From IMG/VR virus record IMGVR_UViG_3300020577_004280, positions 64,001 to 128,000 of that record: 64,000 nt of DNA; one strand, written 5' to 3'. The position numbers and the translations under genes were made by a program. This DNA comes from a virus (taxonomy: Duplodnaviria > Caudoviricetes). This document shows, piece after piece, positions 38,629-47,569 of the stretch. The notes under the pieces are model-generated. The model saw only the letters and a program-made list of their open reading frames with translations, did not search any database and had not been told where the DNA came from. The number at the start of each line of letters is the position of its first letter. Position 1 is the stretch's first letter.

Positions 38629-39583
38629 GATACTGATTACCGGCGGGTCTAGCATGATTGGTAAGCATCTATATAAAGCCCTGCTATATCGCGGTTATAG
38701 AAATATTAAATATAGTGGATTTAGCCAAGACGAATCTAATGATGGCGGTGTACATAGATTTGGTTTTGACCTAACTGATGCGGAAGATACAGAGTCATTA
38801 TTCCGTGCTGCGCGGTCACAATATGTATTCAATCTAGCCGGATACAATGGCAACATCTCTTTCAGTCAAAAGTACCAAGCTGACATCTTCTTTAAAACTA
38901 GTCAGATAGCCTTAAACAGTCTATACTACGCTCATAAATATGAGGTAACAAAGTGTGTTAATATCCTATCTTCTTGTGCTATTGCTGACCTAGGTGATAA
39001 GAAACTAAAAGCAGAAGAACTATGGAATGGCCCACCTAATCAAACTATAGAAGCGCACGGTTTTGCTAAACGAATTTGGGATGCCTATTCTCGTCAACTA
39101 TTTAAACAACACAACTTTAACTCAGTATGTGCTATTGTTAATAACTCTTATGGAGAATTCGATAATACTGATATTGAAAAGACAAAAGCTGTAATGGGTA
39201 TTATCAAACGTGTGGTGAATGCTAAAAGACAAAATTTACCATATATAGAATGCTGGGGTAGTGGACAGGTATTTCGCGAGTTTATCTATGCTGGTGACGT
39301 AGCCAACGCTTTAATCGATGTAATGGAAAATTATAATAATCCTATGTGCCCAATTAATGTAAGCACAGAAGATGAAATTTCAATTTATGACCTGACATAT
39401 AAAATTGCGGAAATAGTTGGTTATACTGGTGAAATTAAGTGGGATACTACAAAACCAGATGGTCAAAAGAGAAAATCACTAGATATATCTAATATGCGAG
39501 AATACGTAAAATCTGAATTTACACCAATCGAAATCGGTATACGCAAGACTATCGAATGGTATATGGAGAATTATAATGATTAG
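38597..39583 (+). CDS. GDP-L-fucose synthase-like epimerase/reductase (variant active site)
   Basis: ITGG.SMIG, LSSC, N.YG..DN, WGSG...REF.Y..D, WDTTKPDGQ.RK.LD. Confidence 0.85.
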   Translation: MTQNQIQKTSKILITGGSSMIGKHLYKALLYRGYRNIKYSGFSQDESNDGGVHRFGFDLTDAEDTESLFRAARSQYVFNLAGYNGNISFSQKYQADIFFKTSQIALNSLYYAHKYEVTKCVNILSSCAIADLGDKKLKAEELWNGPPNQTIEAHGFAKRIWDAYSRQLFKQHNFNSVCAIVNNSYGEFDNTDIEKTKAVMGIIKRVVNAKRQNLPYIECWGSGQVFREFIYAGDVANALIDVMENYNNPMCPINVSTEDEISIYDLTYKIAEIVGYTGEIKWDTTKPDGQKRKSLDISNMREYVKSEFTPIEIGIRKTIEWYMENYND

Positions 39584-40043
39584 ATGTGGTATTATGGTGG
39601 ATTCACTAGCTCCATCACAATTAACGTTTTATTTAGTGAATTATGTAAATACGATTATGTCACAGTCGGTACATAACCATTTTATATTTTTCCTTAACGA
39701 AATTACCCCGTTTTTAATCAATCCTCTCTGTCCTTGTTTAAACTCTACTGAAATTGTTCAATTCAATGACGGAATCATCGTCACTACAACTTTAAATGAC
39801 ACGCTGAGAGCGATACACGCAATACATAATTCATCTATTAAATTTTACGTATGGGACTTGGAATGGATACGTCGCCCATTAGATTATTTCACTAATTATT
39901 ACATTTTTAATAATCCAAGGGTTGAGATTATCGCTCGCTCACACGAACACGCAAAAATGATAGAAAACTATGCTAATCTAAAAAAGGTTAGAGTAGTAGA
40001 AAACTGTGATATGGAGAAAATATTATGCCTACGCCAAGATTAG
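39576..40043 (+). CDS. hypothetical protein (possible GT-B N-domain fragment)
   Basis: FYVWDLEW, IIARS, VVEN motifs; last gene of the glycosylation cluster. Confidence 0.55.
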   Translation: MIRCGIMVDSLAPSQLTFYLVNYVNTIMSQSVHNHFIFFLNEITPFLINPLCPCLNSTEIVQFNDGIIVTTTLNDTLRAIHAIHNSSIKFYVWDLEWIRRPLDYFTNYYIFNNPRVEIIARSHEHAKMIENYANLKKVRVVENCDMEKILCLRQD

Positions 40044-40801
40044 ATGAAAGTGTAGTAGTCAAACTTTACTTAGACCAAGGATTAAGTGCTAGAGCAATAG
40101 CTGAAAAACTTGGCACATACCCAAATAAAGTACGTCGTTTACTTAAGAAACTAGGCGTTAAAATAAAAAACCATAGAGAAACTCAAAAAGAGTTATTGCG
40201 AAGTGGTAAAGTACAACACCCAACCGCAGGCAAAGTCAGACCTATTGACACTAAAATCAAGATTAGCGAAGGTGCGGCTCAAAGTTGGGAAACAGGTGGT
40301 GACGAACGTAGAGAAAAACAGTCTGTAGTTTTCAAGCAGTATTGGGAAAACATGGATGAAGATGAAAAAGCTGTAGCTAGAAAGACTGCAAATATAGCTA
40401 GACATAAAGCTTCAAAAATTGGTTCAAAATTTGAAATTTTTGTTGGAGAATACTTGAGACAACACGGTTTGCAGGTTATAGTACATAAGAAAGGAATGAT
40501 AATCAATGACAACCTTGAACTTGACATTCTTTTGCCTACAGAAAAAATCGTAATCGAAATCGATGGGCCAACACACCATCTACCTCTACACGGAGAAGAT
40601 AGATTAAAACAACAACAAGACTCAGATAATCAGAAAAACGGTTTGTTGCTCAACGAAGGTTTCGTGGTTATTAGATTTAAACATCTGGTTTCACATTTAA
40701 GTGAGAAATATAAACGTGATTCCGCAATAAAAATACTGGAAGTCGTAAAGCAAATCAACAAAGTTTTCCCTCCGGTTGGACAAAGATTAATTTACATGTA
40801 A
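40025..40801 (+). CDS. HTH + Vsr/DUF559-type endonuclease (homing-endonuclease-like)
   Basis: LSARAIAEKLG HTH; TKIKISE NUMOD-like; LDILLP..IVIEIDGPTH...D..K..LL..GF.VIR. Confidence 0.78.
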   Translation: MPTPRLDESVVVKLYLDQGLSARAIAEKLGTYPNKVRRLLKKLGVKIKNHRETQKELLRSGKVQHPTAGKVRPIDTKIKISEGAAQSWETGGDERREKQSVVFKQYWENMDEDEKAVARKTANIARHKASKIGSKFEIFVGEYLRQHGLQVIVHKKGMIINDNLELDILLPTEKIVIEIDGPTHHLPLHGEDRLKQQQDSDNQKNGLLLNEGFVVIRFKHLVSHLSEKYKRDSAIKILEVVKQINKVFPPVGQRLIYM

Positions 40802-40822
40802 GTATCACAAAGGAGATAAGTA

Positions 40823-41830
40823 ATGGGTTTTGAAAAGTATTCAGTCGCAGAATTAAGACAAATGTTAGTTGATAACGGTGTAAAAACAGAAGAAGAAGCG
40901 GCTGAGTTAAAAGGAAAGGCTAATTTGGTATACGAGCTAAAGTTGGCTAAGGTTGCACCATCTTACGAAATACAAGAAATAGTCTTAGATGATGAAGAAG
41001 CAGAAGATTGTGACGAGATTGAGATTATTGGGGGTAATACTATTGACGATGACGAAGAAATTCCGGCTCCGATTGGTGGTCACTCTCTACCAGAAGAACT
41101 AAAATTAGAGATTTTACCTTCACATCCAGAATGGAAAGAGTACGTATTATCACAATTTACCGATAATGAAGCGTTAGAAGTGAATGGTGAAAAATATCCT
41201 ACATTACCTGGACTACGTAGAGTAGCAGAATTATTACTTGGTGATATAGTCTTAAGTGGAGTAGTTGACCATAAAACCACACATCCAGATGGTAATTCCC
41301 CATTGGGAGCATGTAGCGTTGTATATGAAATTCAAATTATGTGGAAGTTAGGTATGCCGGATTATCTAGACCTCAACTCACAATTTCCTATTAAAACATT
41401 CCGTGGTATGGCCGGTGCCAATCAAAATAATATAGATGGTGATTTTGGCCTTTATCCAGAAGCCATAGCTGAAACTAGAGCAGAAGCTAGAGCGTTACGT
41501 AAGGCTCTATCATTAAGTGTAGTAGCGTATGACGAACTATGTAATAAGAAAGTAGAGACTGTATTGGCTGAAAAAGCACCGCAAAAAGAAGTAATTAGTG
41601 ACTGGAATCCAGAAGATATGATAAATGATACCCAAAAAACAGCTATTAATTTTAAATGTGACCAATTAGGTATTGATGTAAATAAGTTTATTAATATTGG
41701 TCAAAAACAATATGCTTCTTTAGATAATGTAAGTAAAGGAACTGCTGCCGCAATGATTAAGGAACTTTCATCATACGGACAAAATAATCCCGGTTCAAAG
41801 GAAATACCGGCTAATATATTGAAAGGATAG
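40823..41830 (+). CDS. Rad52/Sak-like single-strand annealing protein (putative)
   Basis: YPTLPGLRRVAE, AIAETRAEARALRKAL; C-terminal Q..AI...A..MI helical domain. Confidence 0.55.
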   Translation: MGFEKYSVAELRQMLVDNGVKTEEEAAELKGKANLVYELKLAKVAPSYEIQEIVLDDEEAEDCDEIEIIGGNTIDDDEEIPAPIGGHSLPEELKLEILPSHPEWKEYVLSQFTDNEALEVNGEKYPTLPGLRRVAELLLGDIVLSGVVDHKTTHPDGNSPLGACSVVYEIQIMWKLGMPDYLDLNSQFPIKTFRGMAGANQNNIDGDFGLYPEAIAETRAEARALRKALSLSVVAYDELCNKKVETVLAEKAPQKEVISDWNPEDMINDTQKTAINFKCDQLGIDVNKFINIGQKQYASLDNVSKGTAAAMIKELSSYGQNNPGSKEIPANILKG

Positions 41831-41831
41831 A

Positions 41832-42395
41832 ATGGGAAAATTATTAGGACAGGTTTGTTATTTAAGTGGAAGTATGGAAAAAGCTATAGATGGTGGTGTA
41901 CAATGGAGACAGAGAATTACACCAAGATTACAAAGTATGGGAATTGGTGTAATAGACCCAACTAATAAACCAACAGGATTTACTTGTAACGAGTCAGAAT
42001 TGAGACGTATTGCAAACGAAGCTAAAAATTGTGGAGACTACAAAACAGTTAGAGAAATGTACAAAAATATTGTGCATGAAGATTTACGATATACAGATTT
42101 ATCTAATTTTATGATAGTACATCTAGATATGGATATGAACCTTTGCGGGACAATGGATGAGATATTTATGCACGCTAATCAGCAAAAACCAGTGATTATA
42201 GTGTGCGAAAAAGGTCTTAATCATATACCCAACTGGCTTTTTGGTAGATTAAAACACGAATTATTCTTCTCGTCATTTTATGAAATGTTTGAATATTTAG
42301 AAAGACTTAACAATGGATTAGAACCAGATTTAGACAGATGGGTATTTTTGGATTATAGTAAAGTTTACGGTGAATTAAATTTAGGAGTAGTATAA
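41832..42395 (+). CDS. Nucleoside 2-deoxyribosyltransferase-like protein
   Basis: CYLSGSM, WR, DP, DL...D.S, GT.DE, KPV. Confidence 0.78.
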   Translation: MGKLLGQVCYLSGSMEKAIDGGVQWRQRITPRLQSMGIGVIDPTNKPTGFTCNESELRRIANEAKNCGDYKTVREMYKNIVHEDLRYTDLSNFMIVHLDMDMNLCGTMDEIFMHANQQKPVIIVCEKGLNHIPNWLFGRLKHELFFSSFYEMFEYLERLNNGLEPDLDRWVFLDYSKVYGELNLGVV

Positions 42396-42532
42396 TGAAA
42401 GACGCGACGGAAATTGTAGTAGTATTAGACCGTTCTGGGTCAATGTCAAACGAAGTAAATGATGAGTTTATTATTGTTAATAAACTTGAAAACTTACTTA
42501 AAAAAGATTTAAACAAGAAGGTGAAGAAATGA
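42395..42532 (+). pseudogene. Truncated von Willebrand A domain remnant (45 aa)
   Basis: MKDATEIVVVLDRSGSMSN... retains the MIDAS DxSxS, then stops; AGGAG RBS. Confidence 0.65.
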
Positions 42533-42888
42533 AAGTAGAATACAAAAAGGGTAATTTATCATGCATCGCTGAAGGCACTCCAGCAGAGGTTTTTAAGCAA
42601 ATTGCAGAGTTTAGCGAAACGTTTCAAGATTCTGTATGTGGCGCGTGCCAAGGTGGAGATATTGACTACGTAGTACGTAAAGTAGAAGATAACGAATTTT
42701 TCGAGGTTCAATGTAGAAATACAAATTGTCGCGCTAAACTATCGTATGGACATGGTAAAGCGGATAATAAGCTATATCCTAAACGAGCAGAAACAGATAA
42801 TAAGGGTAAAGTAGTTAAGGATGAGAATGGTAAGGGGAAGTGGCTGGCTAATCGCGGTTGGAACGTATATAAACCAGAAAATAAATAA
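42529..42888 (+). CDS. zinc-binding hypothetical protein
   Basis: CGAC...CRNTNC. Confidence 0.65.
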   Translation: MKVEYKKGNLSCIAEGTPAEVFKQIAEFSETFQDSVCGACQGGDIDYVVRKVEDNEFFEVQCRNTNCRAKLSYGHGKADNKLYPKRAETDNKGKVVKDENGKGKWLANRGWNVYKPENK

Positions 42889-42989
42889 TGTGTGGTAATC
42901 ATTGGACTTCAAAAGAAGAACAGGTTTTATTAGAAAACTATAAACGGTTTTCAAATAAAGAGCTTTCTGGGCTTTATAGCCGGATATAA
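42888..42989 (+). pseudogene. Myb/SANT-like HTH remnant (33 aa)
   Basis: MCGNHWTSKEEQVLLENYKRFSNKELSGLYSRI*; WT..E...L...Y pattern. Confidence 0.5.
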
Positions 42990-43010
42990 CAAAAACAAAG
43001 GAAAATAGAT

Positions 43011-43325
43011 ATGACAAAATCAACAAACGCAATTAACATTAATCCACTAGAAGACAACGTAATAATCTCAGTAGAGAAACCACAAGACCGGACTAAAGTA
43101 GGAATTCTATTACCAGAAAACTCAAGGGAATCTACTCGTCGTGGATTAGTTAAGAAAGTTGGTCCCGGTAAGACAGTAGACGGTAAGATTATTCCAATGA
43201 ACATTAAAGTTGGAGATAGAGTGCTACTAAGCAGATATGCTGATAATAGTGTTAACACAGTTAACATTGATGATAATAATTATTTAATAATTTCTCAAAG
43301 TGAGATTTTAGCTACTCTTGTATAA
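43011..43325 (+). CDS. groES: Co-chaperonin GroES
   Basis: PLEDNV, T..GILLP, VGPG, KVGDRVL, I..SEILA. Confidence 0.92.
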   Translation: MTKSTNAININPLEDNVIISVEKPQDRTKVGILLPENSRESTRRGLVKKVGPGKTVDGKIIPMNIKVGDRVLLSRYADNSVNTVNIDDNNYLIISQSEILATLV

Positions 43326-43331
43326 AATATT

Positions 43332-43685
43332 ATGAAAAATCTAATAGTCATCGTAGTTTTGATGACCACAACTATATTAACAAACTCTACATATTGTAAT
43401 TGGTCTAAACCAAAAACTATTATCGGCTTTAAACACATATCTTCTACACATAAACCAAACTGTAATTGTGTGGTGACGTTCAATGGTAAACTTATGACTT
43501 ATGTAATAGAAGCTGATGCAGAAGCTGGTTTTGTTAAAATCCAGTTACCTGATATGAAAAAAGCCGTAACAGTGTACGGCGACGTTCAAATATATCCAGT
43601 AAAAATAAAAGATGGATACATATATGTGATGTCAAAATATGAAATTAGAGTGTTAAAAAGAAAGTTTTTCTTACAAGGATTTTAA
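43332..43685 (+). CDS. exported hypothetical protein
   Basis: Signal-peptide-like MKNLIVIVVLMTT. Confidence 0.6.
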   Translation: MKNLIVIVVLMTTTILTNSTYCNWSKPKTIIGFKHISSTHKPNCNCVVTFNGKLMTYVIEADAEAGFVKIQLPDMKKAVTVYGDVQIYPVKIKDGYIYVMSKYEIRVLKRKFFLQGF

Positions 43686-43686
43686 T

Positions 43687-43947
43687 ATGCCAAGAGTATT
43701 CATGTTATCTGCTTTAATAATGGTAACTTTCTTGACCGGATGTTTTTGTGAACACCATCGTATCTATATTTCTTTCCATTATGCTAGAAATAAAGTGTTA
43801 TCTGGTACTCATCAGTGGATTATCAAAGATGGTTATCCTGTTATAGTACCAATTAAAAAGAAAAAACCTACTTGGAATATTATACCAAAGGAAGAATTAA
43901 AGAAACGTAAAGCTATACACGAGTGGGAAAAAGGAAAGTTTATATGA
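43687..43947 (+). CDS. putative lipoprotein
   Basis: Hydrophobic leader ending in a FLTG-C lipobox. Confidence 0.55.
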   Translation: MPRVFMLSALIMVTFLTGCFCEHHRIYISFHYARNKVLSGTHQWIIKDGYPVIVPIKKKKPTWNIIPKEELKKRKAIHEWEKGKFI

Positions 43948-44366
43948 ACATTACAGAAACACTAATATCTATTAAGAATGGTAATAAAGCTAAATCCGAA
44001 TTAACACAGTATATTCAAAATAATTACACATCACATTACTTTGTTACAAGTAGTTATACAGACAATATAAGTATTCACGATGATAGAGTAGAATTTAGTA
44101 TAAATCTTGTAGATGGAGTGATATATCCCGGATATGGTCGTCAATCAGTATTAATTTCTGACTTAGAAAATCCAGAAAAACTAAGAGAATTGGCGATATT
44201 AAACAAAGATAAAACTGACGCAAAGTATCATCTGAGAAGTAAGCAAATAGAAGAAGTGAAAACGCACGCCAAAACACTCGGGCTAGATGTAGAAATAACA
44301 GACAAAAGTATTTCGTATTCTCACGGATTTTCTACTAGATTTTACCCGGTTATGACACTTCTTTAG
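43944..44366 (+). CDS. hypothetical protein
   Basis: ATGA-coupled; last gene of the + block. Confidence 0.6.
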   Translation: MNITETLISIKNGNKAKSELTQYIQNNYTSHYFVTSSYTDNISIHDDRVEFSINLVDGVIYPGYGRQSVLISDLENPEKLRELAILNKDKTDAKYHLRSKQIEEVKTHAKTLGLDVEITDKSISYSHGFSTRFYPVMTLL

Positions 44367-44805
44367 CAAACAACAAAACCCAATAACCATTATCTTCACC
44401 AAAGCCGACGTATTCTACATCTGAAAGGATTGTAGAGCGTCGGTTTTTGTTTTGGATAATCTTTTGGAAGGTGGCTAATGGGTTATCCTTATAATGTATA
44501 ATCACCTCTCCGGTCACACCCAAAGTAACACGTTTGTCAAAATCTTTGTGTGAGACAGCATTATCTTCCGCTATACGTTCAGCGTGTATTAAGGCGGATA
44601 CACATAATTTAGTATTAAACTCAACAGGTTTGAGACCATATTCATGTCTAAATTCATTGTGATAAATTAACATGCGTTTGTATTTATCTGGCGCTGTAGG
44701 AGGTTCTCTGTATGTTGGTCTAATAACTTTCTTCTTAGTCTGAGGTTTTGTAATCCACTCAAAAAATTGTTGTAAGTAGAAAATGATTCTGACTAAGTTT
44801 AACAT
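44350..44805 (-). CDS. CAP/SCP-domain protein
   Basis: HNEFR..YGL.P...N.KL..SA..HA......SH, GE.I, VGFG...YWV..F; AGGAGG RBS. Confidence 0.8.
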   Translation of the reverse strand: MLNLVRIIFYLQQFFEWITKPQTKKKVIRPTYREPPTAPDKYKRMLIYHNEFRHEYGLKPVEFNTKLCVSALIHAERIAEDNAVSHKDFDKRVTLGVTGEVIIHYKDNPLATFQKIIQNKNRRSTILSDVEYVGFGEDNGYWVLLFAKEVS

Positions 44806-44824
44806 AGTGAGCCTCCTATTGTTT

Positions 44825-46405
44825 TTACATTGTAATCACATATCTCTTTTTACCGCAATCGTAAATTTTACCGTATTTAGTCATCAAAGTTTTATCCTTT
44901 TCCTTTCCCTTCATAGATTGTTTGGATTTACGTTCTTCAATAGGTCCACTAATCTCGACGTAAGAATAATCAGGTGATAATTCGGCGTCTAACTTAAATC
45001 CAATCTTTTCATACACGTTACCTTGTGAATAGCGGTTATCAGACCAGCTTATCATACTCACATAATCATTTATCTTAGACCATTCTATACATTTAGATAA
45101 TAGTTTACTAGCACCACCTACAATCTGTACGTCATCTTTGAAGCAAAGCCTATCCAGTACTATATGATTTTTTATATTACGATGGTGTTTATTTAAGCTT
45201 ACAACCCCAACCAAATCGTCATCATAATACAGTCCAAAATAAACTAGAGATTTCCTTCTTCCTCCTTGTATATGGTATTCGTTAAAAAACCTTAGTCCGG
45301 TTTGATAATCAACTTCTTTAATTACGCATTTTCTAGCAAATATTCTTAAAGACGAGATTCCGAGTGCAGATTTTAGTAAATTCTTCCATTGTTTTTCTCT
45401 ATTCACCCACTCATCCGAGAAAATAGTAAACAAACGAACCCCTTTATCCAAACAAGCTTTATATTTATCGTAATGGTAACGAGAGTTGCGGGGCTGTGGC
45501 GACTTGTTATTATGCCAGTATAATCCGCAATATTCTATAGCGATTTTAAGGTCCGCGTTGTATAAATCAATTTGTTTTGGAGCTATTAATTTATAGGTTG
45601 AGTTAAATTCAAAACCCAAGGATGATAACCAAGATTGGATATCTTTTTCTGGTTTAGATGCTCCTTTACAACAAACTGGAAATCTTCCATATTTTTCTAT
45701 ACATGTTTGAATTGACTGGTTTTTTATTTCAGGTATCTGTTGACATGATGAGACCCCATATTTTTGCAATAAAGTGTCTTTTACTTGCGATTGAATACTA
45801 TCAAGCTCAAACGGTGTTCTACATCCATATTTTCTTAAATGTGTATTTTTCGCTTTTTCTATAACTGATGTGGCTAGAATAGGTGATTCCACACCATACT
45901 TAACTAAAGAGGTTTGCTTAACTTTTTCTTTACAACTATGAGATTGTAATATGGTTTTTGCCAATTCTTTTTTCTCTATATAATAACAATTATCTGGACA
46001 AAAAGTAATATTTGTATCTTTTCTATATAAACATAAACCATCAAGATAACCGTTATTCTCTGCCCACGCACGAAAAACCAAAAAATCTAACCAAGGCACA
46101 TACATTTCAAAATTATACAACTTACATTTCTTTTTGAGTTCATTCCAGCTTTTATACAACTTAGTTTGACAAATATCATCTTCATTGTATTTTTTGTTTC
46201 TAGATATGCAAATATTAGCGGCTTTTTCTTTAGCGATACATCCACAACTTTTAGCGTGTCCAGTCTTTACAGACGTTAGTGACACTGTTTTTTCAGTTCC
46301 ACAATCACATCTAAATAACCCGTATAGTTTATTTTGTTTTCCTGATTTCTGTGACCAAGGCTCACAGATTAATGTCAGTCTATTGGTTTTAGTGTTGACT
46401 TCCAT
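44825..46405 (-). CDS. Free-standing homing-endonuclease-like protein (Zn/DNA-binding N-terminus, KYG repeats, Vsr-like nuclease, GNAT-like C-terminus)
   Basis: CDCG..SCGC; four 23-aa T...KYG repeats; IDLY...IAIEY.G.YWH; VGGASKLL...SD.R...G..Y...GF. Confidence 0.75.
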   Translation of the reverse strand: MEVNTKTNRLTLICEPWSQKSGKQNKLYGLFRCDCGTEKTVSLTSVKTGHAKSCGCIAKEKAANICISRNKKYNEDDICQTKLYKSWNELKKKCKLYNFEMYVPWLDFLVFRAWAENNGYLDGLCLYRKDTNITFCPDNCYYIEKKELAKTILQSHSCKEKVKQTSLVKYGVESPILATSVIEKAKNTHLRKYGCRTPFELDSIQSQVKDTLLQKYGVSSCQQIPEIKNQSIQTCIEKYGRFPVCCKGASKPEKDIQSWLSSLGFEFNSTYKLIAPKQIDLYNADLKIAIEYCGLYWHNNKSPQPRNSRYHYDKYKACLDKGVRLFTIFSDEWVNREKQWKNLLKSALGISSLRIFARKCVIKEVDYQTGLRFFNEYHIQGGRRKSLVYFGLYYDDDLVGVVSLNKHHRNIKNHIVLDRLCFKDDVQIVGGASKLLSKCIEWSKINDYVSMISWSDNRYSQGNVYEKIGFKLDAELSPDYSYVEISGPIEERKSKQSMKGKEKDKTLMTKYGKIYDCGKKRYVITM

Positions 46406-46417
46406 AGTTTCCTTTCA

Positions 46418-46449
46418 AATTAAAAATGCCACAGGCAATCCTATGGCAT
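46418..46449 (-). terminator. Rho-independent terminator ending the virion operon
   Basis: Minus strand ATGCCATAGG-ATTG-CCTGTGGCAT followed by TTTT. Confidence 0.7.
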
Positions 46450-46452
46450 CTT

Positions 46453-46481
46453 AATATAATCAATACATGTGGTTTTATCAA
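46453..46481 (-). promoter_or_regulatory. sigma70-like promoter upstream of the endonuclease gene
   Basis: TTGATA-17 nt-TATATT on the minus strand. Confidence 0.5.
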
Positions 46482-46497
46482 GCGAGTCATGGAAATT

Positions 46498-47112
46498 TTA
46501 TAAGTATTCCAACACACAGTAAAGTCCAAATTGTGTTTTTGACCCAATAGAGTTTGGAGACGCACTTATAGCTAAATACCAATCATGATTTGCGTCGGAA
46601 GTGCTTGGGCCAGAAGGACTTAAACCGCTAAGTCCTGGACTGGCGGCGAGGTCCACGATAACACTAGAACCGGTTGGCGTGAGCCAAGTTGTGTCACCCG
46701 AACCAGTTGGAACCTGTGTAGTTCCGGGATGAATAATCTCAGCTACTTTACATGTTACACCTGAAGCTGGAGAATTAATACTACTTCTGTCGTAAATATA
46801 GACTTTAGCATTCTGTGTTCTAACAGCGGTAGAATGGCTAAAATTAATTCTTAATGGTGCTAGATAGTTTGGTATAGAAATTAATGGTACACCGGAGCTA
46901 GCACTATTAATAATACCAGACCCAATATTCATATATTTTACGTTATTACACTGTTCACCTTGCGTAGTACCAGCACCATTAGTAATAAATGTAGTATCCT
47001 GATATGAACCTACAGCTACACTATAGCCAAAGCCTCCGCCGTAAAACCCTAAGCCAGAACCACTTAGGTTAGAAATCTGGTTTGTACCAGAATAAAACGC
47101 TATTGTTGCCAT
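46498..47112 (-). CDS. putative virion structural protein (Ser/Gly/Thr-rich)
   Basis: Beta-rich composition, strong AGGAG RBS, own upstream TATAAT, downstream of the tail genes. Confidence 0.65.
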   Translation of the reverse strand: MATIAFYSGTNQISNLSGSGLGFYGGGFGYSVAVGSYQDTTFITNGAGTTQGEQCNNVKYMNIGSGIINSASSGVPLISIPNYLAPLRINFSHSTAVRTQNAKVYIYDRSSINSPASGVTCKVAEIIHPGTTQVPTGSGDTTWLTPTGSSVIVDLAASPGLSGLSPSGPSTSDANHDWYLAISASPNSIGSKTQFGLYCVLEYL

Positions 47113-47168
47113 CTATATACTCCTATGTTATAATCATGTCAATCAGACATGTACGGTCTCTCTAATAT

Positions 47169-47177
47169 ATTATACAC
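47169..47177 (-). promoter_or_regulatory. candidate -10/late promoter GTGTATAAT
   Basis: Perfect TATAAT in the 105-nt intergenic gap upstream of the 204-aa gene; no clear -35. Confidence 0.4.
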
Positions 47178-47217
47178 TTTTTAAAGGAAATTTTATCCTT
47201 TTATAACGATTTATGAC

Positions 47218-47562
47218 CTACCACTTATCTATAGGGCATTTTTCACTAGCCAGCCATACTTTACTAGCGAAAAAACATCCACATTTCTTACATCTATTAT
47301 TATCGTAAAACTCACATATTTGACCAGTTTTTGTTCCGTCGCATATACTAAGTCTATCTTTATATATTTCTTCAGTCACTTGTTCTCCACCAGTTATTAC
47401 ATTTTCAACAACGGAAGAGATAAAATTCATACCCTGTTCAATAATACTGGGATATTCGTGTATTACACAATTTCTCCGAACATCTCCAGGAATATATTTC
47501 ATACTGAATCCACATACTGAGCAGGTCATTTCAGAACCATTTTTATTAAATTTGCAATCCAT
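47218..47562 (-). CDS. Cys-rich hypothetical protein
   Basis: R..IC..C..C..CGC...K.....CP..KW. Confidence 0.7.
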   Translation of the reverse strand: MDCKFNKNGSEMTCSVCGFSMKYIPGDVRRNCVIHEYPSIIEQGMNFISSVVENVITGGEQVTEEIYKDRLSICDGTKTGQICEFYDNNRCKKCGCFFASKVWLASEKCPIDKW

Positions 47563-47569
47563 AATATTC

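Noticed and set aside
23410-40043. Bacterial O-antigen/capsule locus (host DNA or chimera)
   Set aside because: No export or polymerase genes, composition and gene packing continuous with the phage flanks, and it carries an intein.
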